Source: Diadema antillarum (lineage: Eukaryota). Taken from it: a stretch of DNA of 64,000 nt. Numbering within the stretch: position 1 is the first letter of the stretch; the number at the start of each line of letters is the position of its first letter. The translations under genes were made by a program, and so were the position numbers. Below, in pieces: positions 26,104 through 36,329 of this stretch. The notes under the pieces are model-generated. The model ran no database searches. It was not told the DNA's origin and worked only from the letters and a program-made list of their open reading frames with translations. The DNA is taken from positions 434,001 to 498,000 of the forward strand of contig NW_027271191.1 of assembly GCF_040938485.1 (NCBI RefSeq), read 5' to 3'.

Positions 26104-27892
26104 GTAAATAAATGAATGAGCAAACTTACTCGTCTGTTCACGAAGGAATTGAAGCTCTTAATCATGACCTGCCTGGCCATGTCAGGGTCGCCACAGACTA
26201 GCACAGGACGACGAACGTCATAGAACCTATATTAGTTCATGGATAGAAAAGTGAACACACATTAATAACACAAATTATTTTTCTAAACACGTTACTTAGT
26301 ATGTTATATAGTACATGAATATGAATATGTAGATGATGAATATACAAATATAGATACGCCTATACGTATATAACATGTCTCTTTGTGTGCACACGTATAT
26401 TGTGCATATTATACAGATACACACATGGTTCAGGTAGTGTCATTACATAGAAACAATATAACTATAGAGTGGTGAGGGTGTGTAAGTGCGCTTGTGTGTT
26501 GTTTTATCTATAATGTGCGCAATAGTGTCGTATAAGTTATAAAGACGTAGGGCCTACTTTAAATTTATTTGTGTAGAAACTATCATATACGCACTATCAT
26601 AACGGCCTACCTCATTTGATGAATTCTCGATCCTAATTGGCTAAAATCGGAGGCATGAATTCGACAATTATTTGCATCTTCACAGTACTCTAACTGCCCA
26701 ATAATGCTATTAAGCCCCGCCCCCCCCCCCTCCCTTCTTTGTCAGGTTCTGATGTGTGAACTGGCCAGCGAAATAGCGATGGACCGAGAAAATTTTCAGT
26801 TAATTCTATTCAGTATGTAAAAAGATATAGACTCCTTTTATTCGAGGCTTGGGATCTCAACTAGATGCTATGACCATCGGAGTTTAAAGTTCCTGGGATC
26901 ATAGCATGGAGTTGGGATCGAAATTATAAACAATCCCGCGAAAAGCAGTCCATATTTGTATTTCATGAGATCGAATATGCTTAAGTGAAAATATCTCAAG
27001 CCGATTGCAATTAAGACAAGCTGTCGGGTGGAGATTATGTTGACAATTAGAAAACATACAACATTAACTATTTCGATACAAGTTATTTTACATCAAAATG
27101 TTCAATCTCTTTCAAACATTATCGCCTGACACTGTCTAATGACTAAATGCGACTAATAATAGACTAATGTGAGATGGCTTGGATGGGAATGAAGCTGAAT
27201 ATCTTATTCAGAAAGATGTATATTTCTTACGACTAGACTTGTTTGATGCAAAAGGTGTCAATCTGGCACATATCGGACGTGACTATAAACTGTCTCCAGG
27301 TATTACTTGGATTATCAAAAAGGGAGAATGACAATGGAGCGTTTATAAACTGCGGTGATGATCTGGTGGTGACAACTACAAAACTTTTTAAGAGATCACA
27401 TAGCAAGTCGCACAAATATAAACATTACATTGCACCGATTACGACTGTTGTGCAAGCTGTTGTATAGAATTTTTATCGCAGTTTTCAACAGAGCGAATCA
27501 TCAGCATAACAATGCTACATTATTCATGGTCTTTTCCTCAGTGTGCGCACTACGATAAACGAGGTCGTCTGATGACATGTAATATTGTCTGGCCAACCTA
27601 CCCGTAAACTCGGCCATGTTCTTTTGCGAAGCAAACATGCGCAGATGCAATACCCTGAAAAAAAGCATACAAATTACAGGTTATATAGGCAGAGGTATTT
27701 TAGTTCTAAAACAGCTTGACAGGGGTCTACCGGAAAGAGAAATGGTATGTCTTTGAAGATCTTGTTTACGTGAGAGATTGGCAAATCTTATAGCTATAGT
27801 GAAACTCTTACCATAGAAGTAGAATCATTGCAGTTAAGTGTTTTACACAGCAAATTACATTCATTAACAAAATTACATCTATCAGGATCTCT

Positions 27893-27932
<40 letters not shown>

Positions 27933-28118
27933 ATATATATATATATGTGTGTATATACACTTGGTGATTCTATCCCTCTATGAAGAGTGCTCGATATCCT
28001 CAAAGGAAGAGCTTTAGACAGAAGTATTGGAACAAGTTCACTCGGTTGACAGCAGGTTATCCGGATATGAACCTGCTGTCAACCGAGTGAACTTGTTCCA
28101 ATACGGTCACGATATATG

Positions 28119-28155
<37 letters not shown>

Positions 28156-30251
28156 TTATATGTATATATACTTTCGGTCAAAGAGAAACGTCGTAAGATT
28201 TGAACTATAGGATTTTTTTTTTTGAGTGCCTATGAGAACCCTGAAACCCTATACCAAAGAGTTCCAAGAGTATAGCTGAAAGGCTTTGTAACGTTTAAAT
28301 GTTTTTATATAAAATTTCTAATCGTGGTCGTGAGGTACCTGTGTGAAATCCCTGAGATTGCCAATGATGGGCCAGGAAGGCACCGAAGCCACGCCTCGTC
28401 TCCGCCAGTAGCCACGGCACCAGTAATCGTACCTGTAATGGTAAATCAATTAAGAAAGGAGTGTAACGGGTGTTTAGCTAAACATTATATTGACCATTGC
28501 ATAAAAAAAACTTGCACTCATGGTATTATTGCTTATCTCGTTTCGTATCTTTTTTTAGAATGGAAATTAAATGCACACTCAACCGTTAAAAACTGCGACC
28601 CCACAGCTATATGAAGGTGGAAGACTGTGTGTAACTCACGTGAATTGATTTATTAGGCCACACGCACAAACTGTATGTGTGTGTTTGTTTTTTGAGACGA
28701 GTCACTAAGATACCCTGTATAAGCCTAAACACAAGGAAATCAAAGAAAATGTAAATTAGGGAGTTTTCGTTGACTGTGGAGAAATTACATATCATTGGTG
28801 TGATAAAGCATTCAAAAGTGTTATACTTTTCAAAACTGGATTTGTCTGGTGACAGACCTTACTTCCGTTTGATACTTGATTTTTTTTTTCTCAATAAACC
28901 GGAACAACTTCTAGGCTGCATAAACCATTTGAAAGCTTAGACAGAGCTGGGACAAGACAGAAAGGAATGGAAAATGCAAAAACTCAGATAGTCGTTTCTA
29001 TATATAAATTAGACACTAACAATAAAGCAGATAGTGGTGGAGAATGTTCCTTCTGTTACGGAATCTTTTAAGTGGCATTCTACTTGACGACAAGGCTTGA
29101 TACTGCATCTTGCCACATCGATTTTGATATTCATTCATTTGATATATAAGTTACCATATTGACTTATCAATTTTTACAAGTGTACATGACGATATAGGTT
29201 ATCTTGCCAAGTCAACTTCCCAAAAAAGTGTATGTCGACATGGGGACATGGACTATCTGGACAAGTCGACTTCTAAATAAATACATGTCAACATGTTTTG
29301 AGAAGTCGACTTGGCTGGATAATGTATGTCAACATGTCGATTATTAAAGTTGGTAAGTCGACATGGTAAGTTACATAGCTTGACACGTCGATATGATATG
29401 AATATTAAGTCGACTTGACAAGATAAAGTATCTCGTCATGTCAGGTAGAATGGCACTTAAAAGCTTCCTATTCTGTCGAGTGTTCCTCCCGCGGAATCGG
29501 TTGTGAGGTCATAAACTCATGACACAAACAGGAAATAGTGCCTACGCGATCATAATATGTGGGCAAAGACATTATGCGCGTAAATATATTGAACAGTTAT
29601 TTGCTATAATAGGCCTACAATATTGTCTCGTTTTATCGAGCAGCCTCTCCATTATTAACACTGCTCTTCCAGACAGTCTGACATTGCCCTAACCCTAATC
29701 AATAATAGGTTCCTAGTTTTACACAATGGGTGAAGACAGGCATCGCAGAGATAACACAGTATATGGGAAAGAAAGAAAAGCAAAAACATTGGCTGCGTAT
29801 ACACTGCTTTACACTCCCTCCCCGGTTTGGTGAATGGTTCAGAAACGAAAGCACATTATACTCCCAGTCCAGCACACTTCGACTGTAGACAAATCGGTTT
29901 ACACAGATCGATACATCCATGTCTTCCTGCCATTGCATCATCATGACAACTATAAACATCAATGATGCACATTTGTGAATTGTAAATAGCCAATGTATCA
30001 ATGTTGTGATTTTTACGTTTTCATTGTAAAGTGAATGTATTTCAGCCTCTGGGCTGCTTATCTTCCATCAGTAAACCCATATCAATTCAATTCAATTCAA
30101 TTAAATAAAAGTAATCCACAAGTTTACACAAAGTTGAGAGCCTCTCCCAGCAAAAATTTAAGTTGAATACTTACAAAAGGAATAAAACAACCGATCCAAT
30201 AGCAAGAACCCACGTCGGGGACAGAGATAGACCAGACACCTGGAGTTCCAT
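18163..30251 (-). CDS. Cytochrome P450, CYP3 clan, paralogue B; 13 coding exons, 533 aa
   Basis: Exons: 30251-30175, 28432-28339, 27654-27602, 26226-26130, 25082-24966, 24501-24413, 23913-23765, 23048-22912, 21682-21497, 20705-20485, 19414-19277, 18633-18471, 18243-18163; total 1602 nt. Motifs: [66 protein letters not shown] on the minus strand at 17943-17948. Both N gaps are intronic. Confidence 0.95.
21233..21367. other. Assembly gap (N x135) in CYP-B intron 9
   Basis: Run of N flanked by (tat)/(gta) microsatellite. Confidence 1.
21975..22146. mobile_element. Tc1/mariner-type MITE
   Basis: TA | CAGGGCGCATCAAAA ... TTTTGATACGCCCTG | TA. Confidence 0.8.
22478..22562. repeat. (CT)n(CA)n compound microsatellite
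   Basis: Direct reading. Confidence 0.9.
25595..25634 (-). ncRNA. Mirror copy of the hammerhead-like motif, sense in the CYP-B pre-mRNA
   Basis: Exact reverse complement of 25693-25732 in the left palindrome arm. Confidence 0.55.
25693..25732 (+). ncRNA. Minimal type I hammerhead ribozyme-like motif (U3-A8 variant)
   Basis: ACAC (stem I) - UUGAGAA + extra A - GGGCG gcgaga CGCCC (stem II) - GAA - palindromic AAUU helix III - U17 - GUGU (stem I). This matches the layout of the minimal hammerheads of Penelope-like elements. Activity is untested. Confidence 0.55.
25770..25954. other. Assembly gap (N x185) in CYP-B intron 4
   Basis: Run of N between the palindrome arm and the exon-4 pseudo-copy. 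Confidence 1.
25955..25995 (-). pseudogene. Degenerate partial duplicate of CYP exon 4 (pseudo-exon) in CYP-B intron 4
   Basis: Minus strand reads tgtag/TCTGTAATT CTA GTG TGT GGA GAC CCT GAC ATG GCC ATG CA and then enters the gap. The true exon 4 reads CTA GTC TGT GGC GAC CCT GAC ATG GCC AGG CAG. The intronic flank ttaattcatggata also matches ttagttcatggata of the true exon. Confidence 0.7.
26035..26100. repeat. (TA)n microsatellite
   Basis: Direct reading. Similar tracts lie at about 25470-25500, 27895-27945, 28110-28170 and 43200-43247. Confidence 0.95.
29072..29456. mobile_element. TTAA-flanked non-autonomous TIR element with internal gtcgac-containing subrepeats
   Basis: TTAA | GTGGCATTCTACTTGAC ... 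GTCAGGTAGAATGGCAC | TTAA, with repeated aagtcgac/atgtcgac motifs inside. Confidence 0.7.
29760..30101 (+). mobile_element. L2/CR1-type LINE 3' remnant in CYP-B intron 1
   Basis: Translation [10 protein letters not shown] resembles the LINE terminus (TxRFxxSFLP), followed by ttcagcctctgggctgc and a (caatt)n tail. The 5' boundary is approximate. Confidence 0.5.
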
Positions 30252-30529
30252 GTCTACTGCTGCACTGCATGCACAATAAACAACCAAACCAGACCAGGAA
30301 CCCCAGATTTTGACCAAATCAATGGCGGGTGTTCAAGCACTTGTCGGGCCTGATGTGCACACACAGAAATGAATGCACTCTTTAGATAAAGGGGGATTCC
30401 CGTGCACTCCGACAGAGAAATCACACAGCAGCGTCAGTCGAGTCACACGAGTCACTTCCTCAACGCGAACAGTGCACTGAACCGATACTACACACAGATT
30501 ATTTCCCTACGAAGTATAATTCTCGTCCC

Positions 30530-30553
30530 TATATAGCCTGTGGACTTTGACCT
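30530..30553 (-). promoter_or_regulatory. CYP-B promoter: DR1/HNF4 site AGGTCAAAGTCCA plus TATATA
   Basis: Plus strand tggactttgacct at 30541-30553 and tatata at 30530-30535; 290 bp upstream of the ATG. Confidence 0.65.
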
Positions 30554-32990
30554 TCACACTCTCACAACCAACATAAAATCATAAAAACACCAGCTTATGG
30601 AGGCCATAATATTCCTTTATTGTTCTCTCTTTTGTCAACTTATGCGACACTGCTAAAATATATCTAACCAACCATGACTGTAGACTACTATTCTACGCAT
30701 ATTGACAGTTACCGCCAGTTAGCGCTTATCACTGTTGTTTTAGATGGCTATCTACATTTCTGATTCATGGCGTGTATAATTTTCTATGATTCTGTATATC
30801 CCGCATTTCATTGCGATTCATGTTTTTCAGGGATGTTTTCTGTATGCTACCTTGTTTATTTATTGTATGTCTTTAAAAATCTCTGTGACGTGCGGCTTCA
30901 ATGAGGGCTTTACCCTGGTTGGAAATCAAAAGCAACTATCAAAACAGACTACAGACAAATAAACAATCGAACAAACAAGCACATAATTCCACTTCGAATT
31001 TTTTGTTTCAAATTTAGAGAAATCACACTTTAGAATCACAATAATATATTTCGTGTTGACATACGAAATTCGAGAGAAACTTTACTCTTAATGAAACGGT
31101 TCTCACTGACATTCAATGTACAATGCAATGTTCGTATACACGAAATCCTTATACGAGACGTACTTTACGACACATAGCTGATTGCATTACATACCCTATA
31201 TAAAACAAGGTCGTGGAAATTTCCTTTGGAAACGTTCCTTCCAAATTCTCTTGGAGACAATATTACTTGTACTGCTGAGTCTAAAACTAATTGCTTGTTA
31301 CAAACGAGTGTGTCTTGTCTGCGTGTAAATCATAACTTTTGCAATCCTTTCATCAATGCAGTTTTACCAATCCGTGAATGACAAATAAGAAAACATAATT
31401 TCCACTCAATTCCAAAATATGATTTCAATGGACTTTTATGTAGCAGTCTACCTGCCCTCTTTCCCTGCCTGCTACAAACATCACTCCTTAATTCGCAGCC
31501 AAAATTCTGTTCTTTCAGATATCACTAACCGGAGGCCCTACTGAATATTAGTTTACTTTTCTGATGTAAAATCGTTTACACAAATGCCTTTGGGATAGAC
31601 AATCATTCTAATGACAAAACATGTATGACATATTTTACATGAGATAGAAGTGATACTACTAAACACACTGCTTGATTTTGGTCACATCCTGCTCTGCATG
31701 AACAGTTTTCTTAATTAATTTTGTAATTTATTCATCTTTTTTTTTTCGTGTGTAATTGTCTCAAAAATACTATGATCATACGTGTATGGTGTAATGCAAG
31801 CCAGCAAGTTAAAAAGAGTTCTAAAAATGTACTTATTACTGTCGTTATTTTAAAGCAATTCACACGGATTAGGTTTTTAAAAGCATACTGCAGGCGTGTG
31901 TGAATATGGTTTGATTGAAGTTCTAGTGGGTTTATGTTGATTCATACTCTTTGACATCAGGTCAATATCACGTGGTTCGATTTGAGGGGATTATACGCCC
32001 TTTGTAGTTGTTTTTCTGTTTTGCTGTTGTCAGTAAGATTTTCTACCTGCGTTTCTACCAGGAGATTCTATTTCAACAACCCAACAGAAATGACTGTCAA
32101 ATGTGTTTCTACAAATTCGATGAGTCATAATATATCCACAGTACAGTGTGCTGAATTGCTGCTCGAGAGATAGCCACGACTATCGCAGAATGTGACACTA
32201 TAAGATATGATTCTCTGTCTTCTTGGCTTGATTCTTATAACTGAGTTCTAATTTGATTCAAATTAATTCATGTTTCCTTTCATAACAAAATTCAATATAT
32301 AATATCATTACTAGCCCAAAGTGTGCAAACATCAACAAAATACAATTCAAAGCCATAATTCATTAAAAGTTAGATGGAATTGGTAAAAATGGCCAGGCTT
32401 ATGTTTGATTGAACTTTTGTGCAGTTTGAGGGAACCAACTATGAATCAGTAACTAATGCCTGTAAGTAAGTATTAGTGGGTTTGTACTGTAAAGTTTAAA
32501 TTACACAGTGCATAACAAATTCTTGAAACATATGCATATTCAATTTGTATTCATATCAACACTAACAAACGATAAAGAAATGAAAGACAAAATTAAGGGT
32601 AAAAGGGTATCATGTTTACTTTATTTTGATAATCACATTTACGATTAAGGGTTCAGGAACAAAGAATACGGACATGTCACATTAAATCGCAATCTGCCGA
32701 AATTTCAAAAGATGAAGAGTGTTATCTATAGGCAATGTTGTTTTTAATAATCAGCTGATGATATTGTTTAATGGACAAATTACAGCACCTTTGACTGAGA
32801 GGATCTTGACATAAGATATTATGCGTTTTCAGTGGAATGCATTTTTCGAATGGATATTGGATAGTGACCAAACACACCAAGCTAGACTGCTAAAGGCCTT
32901 GGAGTGTCACTGTCCCTGGAAACCAAACTATGGCCCCAGTCCGTTCTGGAGTCCCTCAGTGGCTAAGGATGTTTCCTGCTTTGCGGTATA

Positions 32991-35900
32991 CTAAAATGTC
33001 CGTGGACGGGCGCGCAGCGCCAGGCCCTTCGGCGGAGTGATAAGACCCTCTTTTCCGAGCTCAATCGGAATCTGTAAGGAAGCAGCGATCCACATTTTTT
33101 TTTTAGACGACGACGTTTAAAAAAGGCACAAAATGATGAATAATTATATACAAAGTGAAAATATAAAACAATAACAGCAATTGTGAAGAACCCAAAGAGA
33201 AGATTTGTACACACAAACACTTAAAACTGGCGTAGTGTAGTGAGACAGACAAAGGGGTATACAAAACAATCGTGTTGTTTTAAAGTAATAAGAAACTGTT
33301 TTTCATGAGTTGCATAGAAGGTATCGATCCCTCTGCCTGCCCCCATCATCTATACACACAACGACCTTAAAGTTTCGATAGCGTACTTCATGTACTCACA
33401 CTCCCCAACATGTTCCAGTTGTATTCTTTATCTAATTTGAAGACATAATATACGCCCAACCATGCAGCTGCCAACCCCTGTTTGAATCCTACGATGGAGT
33501 GTTTTCAAGATTCAAGATTCAACTTCGTATTTTCACTTCCATCAAATAAACAAAGAAATTATATACATTGCCTATGTACAGGATATTTGTAATACTTATG
33601 CAGAACATAATTTGACAAGGTACGTATATGAAAATGAGAAGGAGATGCGATTACATCTTTGTTAATATATACATAAAGCGTATAATACAAGTCAACTAAC
33701 AGCCTGACTAAGGATGAGGATGAAAGTGGAGGGTCCCACTAAGAAGCAGAGCTTGTACGATATGGGACCCTCAGAAAATAGACAAGACAGCAATATAAAA
33801 CAAAATAAACGAACCGATGTCAACTGACATCAAAATGATTGGGAAGGGAAAAAGAAAGATAAGGAAAAAAAGAAGAGAGAAAAAAGAGGAAAAAAAGGAG
33901 AAAAAGGGAAAAAACTACAGGACGTGCCATCGTGGACGCAAGCAATCTGAATTCCATAATGTAAAATAAGTGATGAAATACAAGCTGGATTAAATGTAAT
34001 GCAAAACATTTTTATACGTAATTATGTTGGTAAGAATGCAAGAGAAAGAGAGAATAAACACATCGTTATGTTTAGAACACAAATAGGGACATAATTAGAA
34101 GGAGGACTTATGTAAAAAAGAATGATGACTTGACTGAGATGATAAAAGGGAAACTAACTCGGTGTTAAATCTCCCTATAGTGTAAACATTTATTTTATTT
34201 GTGTTTTTGATTTGGACGTCAATAGGAGCAACCATTCAATCAATCAAAGCAAAATAAGAAGGGTTATACCTTTGTCTGCAGACACGTCTCAAAGCGGTAT
34301 TTCTGCAGCACCCTGACTAGGGCTACCTTGGCCTCCATCAGGGCGAACCTCATCCCGATGCAGTTCCGTGGCCCTGCGCCGAATGGGATCCAAGCAAACG
34401 GGTGCCGCTTCTCGCGCCTCTCTTTCGTGAATCTGTCGGACGAACGAGGTACACAGAGTGGATCCCACTTGCTTACATTTGTTTTATATCGCTGGACACA
34501 CTGTAGGAATAATTATACATGGTCTGTATCTTACTTTTTTTTTATAAACAGTTCTACACCACATAAAACTCTCATTCTTATTCTCGTGTGCATTCCTTGT
34601 TGCTATCATTAATCTATTTTATAGACTTCATTTTGGCTCTCTGGCTGTTCTTCATAAAACCCTGAACTTCCCTGTACTGGCATCCATACAACCATTCTGG
34701 AAGTAGCAGCCTGTGTCCTGCGTCACAGTTTTGCATGCAGATCTACACTACTGAGGAAAGTATGGCAATTTTCCGAGCACTCTCTCATCGTATACTATAG
34801 GGCCTACATTGTTTTGACTCTCACTTCAGTATTTAATTTCATGCGACTGAACAACTCGCTTTGTTCTATCATTGTGAGCACATGAAGAAAAATAGTTTGT
34901 GTTTTTGTAGCGTTTATCATGCAGCAAAGGGTTACATTCCAAATAGGATCGTAATACACCTATATAGGTGCGAGAGTAATCTACTGGTACTGTCTCTTCT
35001 CTTTGTGATCTTCATGCATACCTATCTGGGTCGAACTTCTCCGGTTCGGACCACAGCTCCGGATCATGGTGAATGGTGTAGATTGGAATGGCAACCTGCG
35101 TACCCCTTTCCACGGTTACACCATTGTAGGTAAACGTCTCACTGCATATGCGGTCAGCACTGTCAGGTATTAGGTAATTAGCAAACAAATCGTAGAACTC
35201 TTGTAACGCTTTGAAAAAACAACCACTGTGTAACGAATGCACAAGCTCTTCCTTTCTTTTTTTTTTTTCTCTCTCTCTCTCTCTCTCTTTGCTCGAATAT
35301 TCATTCAAGGCAATCAAAGGGCAGACAATATCTAATATAAAAAAATGAACGATAATTACGTGCATAACAATCCTACATAACCCTCAAAAGTAGTTTTTTT
35401 TTTTAAATTATGCAACGTTCAGTCCGACAAGACTTAGTGTTCCTTAGTTAATTATCCCTTTACTTTTATTCTGATTTTTTTTACTTTATCTACAACAACG
35501 GATAAAATGATTCCAGCTTCAGTTAAACGGCAGCTTAAAGTGGACTTACAAGGCTTTTTTTAAAGGATATTTTCATGAATTCGGATGGACATAATTCATA
35601 ATGTAACCCCATGACAGTTCCAGAATATTGGGCATTGCGTAATACTTTGAAGCGTAAAGATGATGGGTAGATACACCTCACGGTCTTAAGTCACTGGATT
35701 ATCGAAAATACGATCGTATGGCATACATGGTTTGTGTGTGAAAAGAGCTGTCCAGGGCCCCGTTTCATAAAAAGTTGATATGACAGCAACTCTTGCTGGA
35801 ATGGCAATTGTCATGGCAACATTGTCATGACAACGACAAGAATCCAGCTTCCTGATTGGCTGTTGCCATTGGAAGTTGCCATTCCAGCAAGAGTTGCCAT

Positions 35901-36288
35901 CCGAACATCTTTTATGAAATGGGGCCCAGAACTTACAGGGCCGCTGGAGGGAAGTACCGCAGAGTCTCGCAGATTACGTTATCCAGATAAGGTAACTTCG
36001 AGACGGTGGTGTAACCGACATCGTCGCTAGAGGGCAGTAACTCGTCGATCTCGGTGATAAGTTTCTCCTGTACGTCTGGGTGCAGGGCCAGTAGGTAAGA
36101 GGAAAAGATGAGGAGAGAACCAGTCGTGTCGTAGCCGGCGACGAAGAAGGTTATTGCCTGATAAGAAATAGGCAGGAGATACTGTTGAAATGACACACAC
36201 TAAAAAGAGTCTACTTTTTAGGTAGTTTTGCGCATGCATGTGTGTTCGTATGTTTATGTGCAAGATAATACATATACATAATATATGT

Positions 36289-36329
<41 letters not shown>

